Of a stretch of DNA of 64,000 nucleotides, positions 21,246-30,230 are shown piece after piece (positions within the stretch are counted from its first letter, which is position 1; each line of letters opens with the position of its first letter). The notes under the pieces were generated by a model. That model made no database searches, was not told the DNA's origin, and saw only the letters and a list, made by a program, of their open reading frames with translations. This DNA is from an uncultured delta proteobacterium (GTDB lineage Bacteria > Desulfobacterota > Desulfobaccia > Desulfobaccales > 0-14-0-80-60-11), in NCBI GenBank assembly GCA_963709285.1, contig CAVPVR010000010.1:451570-515569 (forward strand), written 5' to 3'. The translations under genes were made by a program, and so were the position numbers.

Positions 21246-21773
21246 TTATTCCATCTCCAAACGCCGAACCTCATCATCTGCCGCCCAGTCAAGATTATAA
21301 ATACCCCGGCGCACGTACGTGTGGAAGCTGGAATAAGGCCAATCCGCCACCTTCGTGACGTGACCGTGCTTCACCGGATTGTAGTGGATGTATTCCACGT
21401 GACGCTCAAAATCATGCTCGTCCCGGATGACGTGTTCCCAAAAACGACGCTGCCAAATGCCTCGTTCCCCCTTCTGCCGGCGACGCGCTGAAAGCCTCTC
21501 CCCTCCGGGAATTTTGGCTGCAAATCGTGCTTTGATATCATGCCAGCGCGTTGAGAAATCCGCGTCCCCGGAAGGCAACGTCCAGATACAATGGAGGTGA
21601 TCGGGCAAAATGACGATGGCCTCGATAGTGAATGGTCGGCGTTGGCGGGCCGCCCTGAACGACGCCCGAAGATCGTCAATGTGTTCGGTCAAGAGTTTTC
21701 GATGGCGTTCCAGCAAGGCAACCGTGAAAAAGAACGTGCCTCCTGGAACAAAGGCGCGAAGGTATTGCGGCAT
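21246..21773 (-). CDS. REP-associated tyrosine transposase (RAYT, IS200/IS605-like Y1 transposase)
   Basis: 175 aa. Has the LPDHLHCIW HuH motif and a C-terminal YIHYNPVKHG catalytic Tyr region, and is flanked by REP units. Confidence 0.85.
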   Translation of the reverse strand: MPQYLRAFVPGGTFFFTVALLERHRKLLTEHIDDLRASFRAARQRRPFTIEAIVILPDHLHCIWTLPSGDADFSTRWHDIKARFAAKIPGGERLSARRRQKGERGIWQRRFWEHVIRDEHDFERHVEYIHYNPVKHGHVTKVADWPYSSFHTYVRRGIYNLDWAADDEVRRLEME

Positions 21774-21799
21774 GACGTCAGTTTACCCCAATTCTTTAA

Positions 21800-21832
21800 G
21801 GCGGGATGCGCTTCGCTTTCCCGCCCTACGGG
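21800..21832 (-). repeat. REP unit (inverted orientation) just upstream of the RAYT start
   Basis: ggcgggatgcgcttcgctttcccgccctacgg is the reverse complement of the REP consensus. Confidence 0.75.
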
Positions 21833-21911
21833 TTACTACGGGTTACGGAAATAGGGACAGTGAGTTTCACAAACACTTATACCACAAATATTACTCGCTT
21901 CGACTTATCTG

Positions 21912-22675
21912 CCCTATATTCCCGATTCCAAGCTTCATAAAAACGCCCTGGCCTCATTGGCAAAATTCCCCGTGCTGAAACCTCGTCCCCCAGCTCTGTT
22001 AAGGAACGCCCTTGGCGCCAGGCTCCCCGTGGCTTGTCAAAAAACCGCCCCGTCCCTTCCAGATAATGGTAACCGGAAAAATATGCTTCGAACTCTAGGG
22101 TAACCTCCCCAGGCCGTAAGGACCGTAGGGCGGGAAAGCGCCGCGCATCCCCCTTTCGCCTCATTCCATCTCCAGACGCCGACCAGGAGTGACCTTCCCC
22201 GCCTAACCGCGCCCTTTGTCCCAGCCGTACTGGCTCCCTAAACCACCTCTGCTACAGTAAATCCGTGGACTACGAGTATCATGGCCCAGGTTTCTCTTTC
22301 CCAAGGTTTCTGGGTTTAACTCCCCCTCCCCCGGCGGGAGGGGGGTGGGGGGAGGGGGATTTGCCAGCGTTTATTCAATCCCCCGATTCCATCCCAGTTC
22401 TCCGGGGGCAGAAAAAATGAAATGTTGCGGAACAAGAAATACCTATCCTAAAGCTAACCTACCGACATTACCAGAATATTTGGGCAATTTGTTGCGGCTC
22501 AGAAGCGGCACAATTCGCAAACTGTGCGGTACGATGTGGCACACCAGCGGGAACTTTGCGGTAATATCCGACACTGTTCCGCAATTTGCACCGCTCCATC
22601 CCGCCCCGTCCCGCTCGAACCGAAACGGGGTCAAGCGACAAAGACCTTCGATTATGTCTCTCGCCCCGCCATCGA
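21912..22675. repeat. Composite non-coding repeat, copy I (modules C1 21912-22111 and B1 22235-22675, interrupted by a REP plus a RAYT 3' remnant)
   Basis: Long blocks near-identical to 27596-28613. Examples: ctatatt.gcgat.ccaagctt..., hairpin GTTCCCCAG-N6-CTGGGGAAC, ...cctctgctacag..., gtttctctttcccaaggtttctgggtttaactccccctcccccggcgggagggggg..., ggatttgccagcgtttattcaat...gttgcggaac...ctttgcggtaatatccgacactgttccgcaa. Indels between the copies break every ORF. Confidence 0.8.
22120..22190 (+). repeat. REP unit plus about 30-nt remnant of a second RAYT gene 3' end
   Basis: 22120-22153 matches the REP consensus. 22158-22186 (tcgcctcattccatctccagacgccgacc) parallels 21241-21270, the last codons (RRLEME*) of the intact RAYT gene. 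Confidence 0.6.
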
Positions 22676-22799
22676 TAAGCTCAGCAACTAATTCTCCGCT
22701 CGTTGCGGATTCGCTTACAATTAATCTGGGGCCACCGGACGTTTTTCTTCCCGTCCTGCGGCCCCAGCTTTTTACGAACCAATAATAAAATGTTATCGA
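22671..22799 (+). repeat. Diverged duplicate of the mvhA 3' end plus terminator (copy of 20999-21126)
   Basis: atcgataagctcagcaactaattctccgctcgttgcggattcgct...ctggggcc.c.ggac...gtcctgcggccccag.ttttt is shared by both copies at roughly 85-90 percent identity by eye. The terminator-like hairpin is at 22726-22774. Confidence 0.8.
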
Positions 22800-22896
22800 T
22801 ATTGACAAGTTTTCAGCAAATCTATTCAATCTGACAGACTGCTTTGCCTTGGTGCAACATCTCCATGGGGGGTGATCCTCATAAATCCTAACTCCG

Positions 22897-23736
22897 TCAC
22901 GCTCCGCCAGGACCTCTGGGTTGATCTGGTGCCAAGCCTAACTTAAAACTTGGTACAATTGCTGAAGGCAGGTCATTCCGGGTCGGCGGCTCAGGGTCGT
23001 CAGTCAGAGGCGGTTGGCAAACTGGACACCTGATGCAGCCTGCCTTTTGGGCCTCGTCCACGGACTGGAAGACCCGAACTTTTCTCGGAATGATGGTTTT
23101 GGCCCACTTGCATTCGGGGTAATGGTATTTGTTGGAGGTGATGGACCCCACGTACGTGACTGCAGGGGTTGTTGGTTCCTGGGGAGTGTTGCTTACGGGC
23201 AAGGATTCCTGGTCGGCTGGCAGAGCTGAGGTCTCTCGGTCCGAAGCAGGGGTTTTGGGTTCCTGGGGGACCGGATTACCGGGCTGATCAGGCGACTTCA
23301 GGGAACGCGACCCTTTTTCTGGCGGCTGGGCAGGGATGATCTGCCTGATGGTCTGCCTCGATTTTTTGCCAGACAAGGCAAAGTTCTCCCTGAGAGAGAG
23401 GGAGAGCAGGCTGGACGCGAACATGAACGCACCCATGAGAAGGCAAAAAATAGAACCATAGATGGTGAGGCGGCGGACCTGGCTCTCCACCCTGGCCAGT
23501 CGCTCCAAAATCTTCGTCTCCTCGTAGGATTTCCTCGCCCGTTCGATGATACCTTCCTCTTCCAGAGGGGACACGACCTTATTCATTTTATTATCTGGCA
23601 GGGGCGGATTTGCCGCAGTCTCACCGGTGCTGGCCTCTTTTTTCACCACCTGGTTGAAATTGTGCATATCAACCTGGGAGTCCAGCTTCTCCGTGAAAAT
23701 CGAACTCTGCACCTCGTCTTTCATGAGTTTCTTCAA
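22897..23736 (-). CDS. Single-pass membrane protein with a C-terminal Ada-type Cys4 zinc-binding domain
   Basis: 279 aa. One TM helix (IYGSIFCLLMGAFMFASSLLSL), a Pro-rich linker and YHYPECKWAK...FQSVDEAQKAGCIRCPVCQP, which matches the Ada metal-binding domain pattern. The ATG at 23724 may be the real start. Confidence 0.6.
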   Translation of the reverse strand: MKKLMKDEVQSSIFTEKLDSQVDMHNFNQVVKKEASTGETAANPPLPDNKMNKVVSPLEEEGIIERARKSYEETKILERLARVESQVRRLTIYGSIFCLLMGAFMFASSLLSLSLRENFALSGKKSRQTIRQIIPAQPPEKGSRSLKSPDQPGNPVPQEPKTPASDRETSALPADQESLPVSNTPQEPTTPAVTYVGSITSNKYHYPECKWAKTIIPRKVRVFQSVDEAQKAGCIRCPVCQPPLTDDPEPPTRNDLPSAIVPSFKLGLAPDQPRGPGGA

Positions 23737-23934
23737 CTCCCGTCATTCTTGGTCGAGACTGGCTAACCTGGCCTCGAGTTCTTGTTGCACCGGTATTTCC
23801 GACGCTTCTGACCAAGGAACTGAGAGTCTTTCTGGCGTAAGAGTTGACAAAAAACGTCTCCTGACTACTTTATCATTCCCATCAAAGGCCTCATCCCAGG
23901 TGAGCCGCTCATGGGCCTCTCCTTTGGTCAGGCC

Positions 23935-25053
23935 TTACTGCACCAGCTTGGGGAGGCTGGCCCGCAGGGCCAGTTCGGAGCCGCCGGTGGGGATCCCCGT
24001 GTCGGTGCCGGGAGCCATGTAGCCGCCCCGGACCCAGCCTGAAACGGTTTTTTCCTTTTTATCTACCTCGATAATTTCGAAGGCCACAAAACCCTTCACC
24101 TCTCGCGACTGGTTGTAGGTCGTCGACCCGGGCACCACCGGCAGGATCACCGTCCAATCGCCGTTGTGCACGTTATAGAACTGCTGCTGCATATGCTTAA
24201 GCACCGAAGTGGCCACTCCGTTTTGCATCTGGATGTAGTCGCCGCACTTAATGCGCAGATCGTTGGGGTCGATATCCCCCCTGTCCCTCCAGTTGCCGTC
24301 GATCAGGTCTTCGAGGAGATCGGCGTTGCAATTATTGAGCTTAAACGCGTGCCAGCCACCGGTGTCCGAATGATCCGGGTTGAAGGTCACCCACATTTTT
24401 TCACCCACCGGCGGCACGTAGTTGTCGCCAACGGCAATGGGGAAGCCCCCACCCGGGCGCAGGTCCCGCACCCAGCCTAACAAGGCGGTGGCCTGGCCGG
24501 TAAGCTCCACGCTGTCGAGGCCCAAAAAACCGGCGAACCACAGGTTCACGGGGCCGTTCCAGGCGTTGCTGCGGCGGGTGGTCACCCGGACGGCATTGAG
24601 GGTGTAGGAGTTGGCGGCGTCGCAGGGCAGTTCCTGAAATTCCCAGGCGTTACTGGCGGCATTGTACTGCCAGACCCCCACCTGGACGTCTGCAGTGGAG
24701 ATCGAAAGTGGTTGGCCATCAGACTTGTTTTGCTGGACAACCTCCGTCGCCTTGAGATGGGCGTAAGCGCAGTTCAGCAGGTCTTTGGCATCCTGGGGTT
24801 GGGCGCCGTTGCCCAGCCAGTACAGGGACATGGCCCCGGCGTCGGCTCCGGCGTCGGCGGCGTTCTGGAGTTCCTGCCTGACCACATAAAGGTGGCCCAG
24901 GTCGATCACCAGCCCGGTAATGGCGAGGAGCATGAACATGGAAACCGCCACAAAAACCGCGGTGGCCCCTGATTCATCTCGGAATATAGGCTTCTTGAGG
25001 AAATTAGGGGCTTTCTTGCCTTTGCTGGGAAGGTTCAAGTTGTTCCTCATCAT
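23935..25053 (-). CDS. TadG-like (TadE/G N-terminal domain) pilus-associated protein, island copy
   Basis: 372 aa. The N-terminus GATAVFVAVSMFMLLAITGLVIDLGHLYVVRQELQNAADAGA fits the TadE/G-like pseudopilin-type leader. About 88 percent identical by eye to the ORF at 47351..48424. Confidence 0.75.
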   Translation of the reverse strand: MMRNNLNLPSKGKKAPNFLKKPIFRDESGATAVFVAVSMFMLLAITGLVIDLGHLYVVRQELQNAADAGADAGAMSLYWLGNGAQPQDAKDLLNCAYAHLKATEVVQQNKSDGQPLSISTADVQVGVWQYNAASNAWEFQELPCDAANSYTLNAVRVTTRRSNAWNGPVNLWFAGFLGLDSVELTGQATALLGWVRDLRPGGGFPIAVGDNYVPPVGEKMWVTFNPDHSDTGGWHAFKLNNCNADLLEDLIDGNWRDRGDIDPNDLRIKCGDYIQMQNGVATSVLKHMQQQFYNVHNGDWTVILPVVPGSTTYNQSREVKGFVAFEIIEVDKKEKTVSGWVRGGYMAPGTDTGIPTGGSELALRASLPKLVQ

Positions 25054-25146
25054 TAAACTCCTTTATACTGTAATAAAAAAAGGGCCAGATTCAGGAATCA
25101 CTCCTTGGTCTGACCCTCCCGGGGTTCCGCCAATCAAACTGTTAGT

Positions 25147-25404
25147 TTAGATTATGCTGTAAGTTATTTCATTTACCACCAGACATCCTTTGCATTTAAT
25201 TCTTATCTTTGTGCTGTTTTCGGGTTTTATCTCGGCAAGAAGTTTGTCACATACAAAACATCTTTGTTTAATAAAATCATTATTCGAGCTCAAATTAATG
25301 GTAATGCACTGCCTGACGATTTTGCCGTTGTTGTCTGGCAGATTTTCTATCACAACTTGATCGTCATTAAGCTTGCAGTGTGAATGTTTCAACATAAACC
25401 TCAA
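25147..25404 (-). CDS. Small AT-rich ORF with a Com-like zinc finger
   Basis: 85 aa. CFVCDKLLAEIKPENSTKIRIKCKGCLVVNEI resembles the Mu Com C..C.KLL...IKC..C finger. It lies in a low-GC segment. Confidence 0.35.
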   Translation of the reverse strand: MRFMLKHSHCKLNDDQVVIENLPDNNGKIVRQCITINLSSNNDFIKQRCFVCDKLLAEIKPENSTKIRIKCKGCLVVNEITYSII

Positions 25405-25925
25405 ATCAGATGATGCTGTCCATTATTGCAGGGCCTTTGCCTACAAATTCCCTGATAAAATGCTCTAGCTTCAATAGGGCTTCCGTCATGCTTGACCCTT
25501 TTGCGGGTCGGATAAAGTGCCTTTATTGACGGCTGTCTAAGGAAGAAGCAGAAACCGTGCCAAAAGATTTTGTGGTGGGGAAAATTATTGACTATAATTT
25601 ATTTATTCAATAAATTTAAAATGTTAGACTATTTTCGTGAGAACTCATTCTTCTCTCAACCCTTATGAACTAGAGAATTCTTCTGAAGAAAAACACTTAG
25701 TCATCTTTATCATGCTCTCGCCCCAAAAGAATTTCCGAGAAGAAATTCTCTTCAGGCAATAGACCATCACCTTGGTTTAGGGCAACGTTGACACCGCCTC
25801 TTTTTCTGGAAGGCTGTAATGCCCAAATTTCGCTCAAAGAAAAGGGTCTTAAGGGAAAAGGAGTGCCAGGGAGGCAAAGTGGTGAACCGTGATTGAGGTT
25901 GACCCAGAACAGAATCCTAGCCCGG

Positions 25926-26291
25926 ATGATTCACTTGGTTGCCAAGGACCGTAGGACCGTAGACCGTAGGGCGGGAAAGCAAAGCGCATCCCGCCTTTTT
26001 TCAACTCGTTCCCAAGTTGCACTTGGGAATGAGAATAAATATTCCGTCTAGTTGTCTTATGTTTTTCAAGATTCATGAATAAAGCGGGCTAGGACTGTCA
26101 TGTATCTTTATTGAGGATCACCTTGGTTGGCCGGGAAGTCCAGAGTTCTGCTCTATATTCGCGATTCCAAGCTTAATAAAAATGCCTTGGGCTCATTGGC
26201 AAAATTCCCCGTGATGAAACCTCGTTCCCCAGATCCTACTGGGGAACACCCTTGGCGCCAGGCTCCCCGTGGCTCGGTAACAAACCGCCCC
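25926..26291. repeat. Partial, re-ordered third copy of the composite repeat (includes REP at 25946-25995 and module C2 at 26151-26291)
   Basis: attcacttggttgccaag, gtctagttgtcttatgttt..aagattcatgaataaagcgggc and ctctatattcgcgattccaagctt...cttggcgccaggctccccgtggc all match parts of 27596-27970, but in a different order. Confidence 0.7.
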
Positions 26292-26329
26292 AGGAGGAAC
26301 CTGTCCTGATTGATAATCGCCCCCCACGG

Positions 26330-26817
26330 TCATCGGCGGTGGGGCAGGGTTTCCAGCATGGCCATGGCCGCCTCCCGCTCCGCGGTGCCGCTGGCCAGGG
26401 TCAGGGCCGGGGCGGCCACCAGGCCGTGGCGGTTTTCCATGAGCACATGCCCCATGTAGCAGAGCTTGGCCGTCTGCCCGGAACTCTTGGTGAACAACCG
26501 GGCGTCGGGGTCAGTGGTGGAGGCATGGGTGGCGTTGCTGCGACGCTCACCCCGAAAATCCACCTCCGGGTTGCGCCCCCCGGTGGATGCGGCGGCGGTC
26601 CATCCGTGGAGCGAAAACTCTTCACAGAGGCCCACGCCTCGATGAGGGTGCCGTCCACCGTAAAGTGCTCGCCGGACAAAAGTCCCGAGACCGTAGCCTG
26701 CTTCAGGATACGCTCAAAGAAGGCCGCGGCCACGTCCGAGGCGATGAGACGCTCCCGATTCTTGGAGAAGGTGGAGTGGTCCCAGACGGGATCGTCCATG
26801 GAGCTTAGATCTTCCAT
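26330..26817 (-). pseudogene. IS5/IS1182-like DDE transposase remnant (truncated at both ends, one frameshift)
   Basis: DDPVWDHSTFSKNRERL...EHFTVDGTLIEAWAS (ORF 26401..26817) continues in another frame as ATHASTTDPDARL...KLCYMGHVLMENRHGL (ORF 26330..26635). The N-terminal roughly 70 aa and the C-terminal half are missing. Confidence 0.7.
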
Positions 26818-26842
26818 TCAATGTTTATACGTTTTTGGCTAA

Positions 26843-27433
26843 CTACACTTCTGGCATCAGCAGGCGCTTCAGTTCTTCCGTCTCATAGACAACTTCTTTG
26901 CCGACCATCCGCACCTGTCCGTTCACTATATAGTTGAGAACACGGGGTTGCCATTCATGTTCAGCATGATTCACCTTCGCAGCCAAGGTCTCCGGCGTAT
27001 CGCTCGGCTCAATGGGAATAGGGTGAGCAAAAAATACTGGGCCGTGGTCATATACCGCATCAACAAAATGCATGGTGACCGCGGTGTGGGTAATTTCCCC
27101 ACGATGATAAGCTGCCATAACCGCTTCGTGAACATAGTGTCCGTAAAGTTTCGGCCCACCAAATCGGGGCAAAGGACCAGGATGGATATTAATCGTACGC
27201 GCCGGGTCAAGGCCTGCTACTAGTTTCAGCCAGCCGGAGAGCATGACATAATCAGCGTTGAAATACTTTACAAAGTTTTGGTAGCCCTTGGCCGTATAGG
27301 GACCAACCCAGTATTCGGAAGGTATCCCGAGAGCTTTTGCCTTATGCCAAACACCGCCTTCAAAATGATTAGTGATAACCGCACAAATCCAAGCGTCCAA
27401 AATTGGCGGTCTAGTCCGCGCAGCTCTTACCAT
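26843..27433 (-). CDS. purN: Phosphoribosylglycinamide formyltransferase-like (PurN family) protein
   Basis: INIHPGPLPRFGG, TVMHFVD..YDHGPV and overall colinearity with PurN. The frame stays open upstream (PYILVFASGTKTGGGSGFE). An ATG at 27509 joins it if one A of the A5 run (27502-27506) is removed. Confidence 0.75.
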   Translation of the reverse strand: MVRAARTRPPILDAWICAVITNHFEGGVWHKAKALGIPSEYWVGPYTAKGYQNFVKYFNADYVMLSGWLKLVAGLDPARTINIHPGPLPRFGGPKLYGHYVHEAVMAAYHRGEITHTAVTMHFVDAVYDHGPVFFAHPIPIEPSDTPETLAAKVNHAEHEWQPRVLNYIVNGQVRMVGKEVVYETEELKRLLMPEV

Positions 27434-27595
27434 CGTCTCAAATCCGGATCCGCCACCGGTTTTGGTCCCGGAAGCAAAAACAAGAATATATGGATTAAGT
27501 CTTTTTCATATCGCATCCCTTGTTTGGCTAAATTATTAAGGAGCGACCTCCTGGCCCCTCTTTTACTTAACATCAAACTCAAATACATACAACGG

Positions 27596-28613
27596 CTCTA
27601 TATACGCGATGCCAAGCTTAGTAAACCTGCCTTGGCTCCTTAGCAAATTTCCCGTGATCAAACCTCGTTCCCCAGCTCCTGCTGGGGAACGCCCTCGGCG
27701 CCGAGCTCCCCTTGGCTTTTATAAAAAACCGAACCGTGCTTTCCATAGATTGGTAACCAGAAAAATATTCAGGAACCTGAGATTAACCTCCCAAGCCTCA
27801 CCGCGCCCCGTGTCCCAGCCCGGATAATTCACTTGGTTGCCAAGAACTCGGTGGCACAGGCTTTCCAGCCTGTGCAAAAAACAGTCTGTTTTTTCGGGCT
27901 GAACAGATATTTTAAATATTTCGTTTAGTTGTCTTATGTTTTAAAAGATTCATGAATAAAGCGGGCCAGCCGTACTGTCTCACTCTGCCACCTCTGCTAC
28001 AGTGGATCTATGAACTCATAGCATCATGTCCCAGGTTTCTCTTTCCCAAGGTTTCTGGGTTTAACTCCCCCTCCCCCGGCGGGAGGGGGGTGGGGGGAGG
28101 GGGAATTTCTCTTGTCGAATTTAGAGAAATTGCTAAAAATTTTCCCACCCCCACCCTACCCTCCCCCATCCAAGGGGAGGGAAACATAAGGTCCTGACAG
28201 GCCAATTTTTTTGTAATCTATACCGGGGACGCAACACGAAAATCTCATGCAAAACCCAAGAGAGGAGGTTTCAAGTCCCCCTTTTCTAAAGGGGGATTTG
28301 CCAGCGTTTATTCAATACCCCGATTCCATCCCAGTTCTCCGGGGGCAGAAAAAATGAAACGTTGCGGAACAGGAAATGCCTATCCTAAGGCTAACCTGCT
28401 GACATTACCAGAATATTTGGGCAAATTGTTGCGGTTGCGAACCGGCACCAAGCGCCATCTGTGCGGTACCATGCGGCACACCGGGCGGCAAGCAGCGGGA
28501 ACTTTGCGGTAATATCCGACACTGTTCCGCAACCCGCACCGCTCCGTCCCGCCCTATCCGACACAGGGTCAAGCGAAAATGACCCTTGATTACGTCTCTC
28601 GCGCCGCCATCGA
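27596..28613. repeat. Composite non-coding repeat, copy II (C3 27596-27793, extra block 27826-27972, B2 27985-28613 with an approximately 190-bp insert at 28106-28298)
   Basis: See copy I. Both copies have the same module order and orientation, and both end in ...ccgccatcga. Confidence 0.8.
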
Positions 28614-28806
28614 ACCCCACCCCTAGCTGAATTGCCTCAGCGCTAACATAATATATCCCCTCCCCTTCCGTCGGATCAGAGCATTTTTCGTGTTATAAAT
28701 TAGTAATAATGAAATAATTATAGATATATTTGCCTATATGACCTGAGTTGAACTTTATCTGGACCTGGTCCCGTTCAGACAGGATATTGATAGGTCTCCA
28801 GTTCTC

Positions 28807-30228
28807 TTGAGGAAACCCATGATAAATTTCAAGGACCTTTCCTGGAAAAAGCTTGCCGTCATAGCTGTTCCCGTGGTCTTGGTGTTGGTGGCCGCCATCT
28901 GGTTCCTGTACCGAAACCATGATAGATCCACCTCTTTCCGGTTGGCCCAGGTAACCCAGGGTGACCTGCAAGCTACCATCAGCGCCACCGGCACCGTGGA
29001 GCCGGAAGAGGTGGTGGATGTGGGGGCCCAGGTGGCCGGCAGAATCGTGGCCTTCGGGAAAGACAAGGACGGGAAGCTTATTGACTACGGCTCCGTCGTG
29101 GAGGCCGGGACGGTCCTGGCCCAGATAGATGACGCCCTCTATGCCGCCGAAGTGTCTCAGGCCAAAGCGCAGGTGGCCCAGGCCAAAGCCAACGTCAAAC
29201 GGGCCGAAGCCGACTTGGGGCAATTGAAGGCCAAGCTCTATCAGGCGGAAAGGGACTGGCAGCGGGCCAAGAAACTGGGACCTTCTGATGCCCTGTCCCA
29301 AAGCGACTATGATGCGGCCCTCTCCGCTTTTGAGGTGGCCAAGGCCAATCTGAACGTGGGGCAGGCCGCCCTGGTGCAGGCTAAAGATGCCGTGGCCCAG
29401 GCCGAGGCCAACTTGAGGAGGGCTTCCCAAAACCTGGATTACTGCACCATCAAATCCCCGGTGAAAGGCGTCATTATTGACCGCCGGGTGAATATCGGCC
29501 AGACCGTGGTGGCCAGCCTCAATGCCCCCAGTCTTTTCTTGATAGCCAAGGACCTCAAGCGCCTGCAGGTCTGGGCCTCGGTGAACGAGGCGGATATCGG
29601 CAATATCCGGCCCGGCCAGCCGGTCACCTTCACGGTGGACGCTCATCCCGGGGTCGTCTTCCCAGGCGAGGTGGGAAAAGTCCGGCTCAACGCCACCATG
29701 ACCCAGAATGTGGTGACCTACACCGTGGAGGTTATCACCGACAATTCCGATGGCAAACTGATTCCTTACTTGACCGCCAACCTGAAGTTTATGGTGGCGG
29801 AGCGCCGCGACGTCCTGCTGGTCCCCAACGCCGCCCTGCGCTGGACCCCCCAACCTGACCAGATTGCTCCCGAGTTTTCCGAAGGCCCCACCCAGAAAAA
29901 GGGTGGCAAGGTCAGCAAGCAGGGTGGTTCCGCAGCCAGTGGGGCTAAAGAATGCCTCCAGAAAGGGGACCGTGTGGGTTCCCGAAAGGCAGTTATGTTC
30001 AGCCGATTCAAGTCAGCTTCGGCCTGACCGACGGCTCCCTGACGGAAGTTCAGAGCCCCGAGACTCAAAGAAGGGACTGCAGGTGGTGGTGGGAGATCAA
30101 CCCAAGGAGAGCGCCGTGCCCGCCCCAGCGCCAGCCCCTTTACGCCGCAAATTTTCCGGAGGAGTGGCTCGGCGATCGCGCAAAGTAAGGCATCGACTCC
30201 TCAGGGGATTCAGCCCATGTGTGAGTAA
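28807..30228 (+). pseudogene. macA: MacA-type periplasmic adaptor (HlyD/MFP family); 3' quarter frame-disrupted
   Basis: N-terminal TM helix, coiled-coil hairpin (AKAQVAQAKANVKRAEADLGQLKA...) and beta-barrel motifs. After about 29966 homology hops frames (KGTVWVPE / GSYVQPIQVSFGLTDGSLTEVQSPE / LKEG / LQVVVGDQ). The 3' end is uncertain (30188-30262); 30228 restores the starting frame and sits 2 nt before macB. Confidence 0.75.
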
Positions 30229-30230
30229 AT

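Noticed and set aside
22345-22829. ORFs 22345..22785 (plus) and 22443..22829 (minus), and the similar ORFs 27952..28197 and 28405..28620
   Set aside because: They lie inside the composite repeats. Indels between the two repeat copies shift and break these frames, so the conservation is at nucleotide level, not protein level.
25054-25900. Calling the AT-rich Com-like segment a prophage
   Set aside because: There is a single small zinc-finger ORF and no other phage genes (no mom, integrase or structural genes) in the window.
28693-29853. 386-aa minus-strand ORF
   Set aside because: It is antisense to macA, low-complexity (G/H/D/L-rich) and without an RBS.
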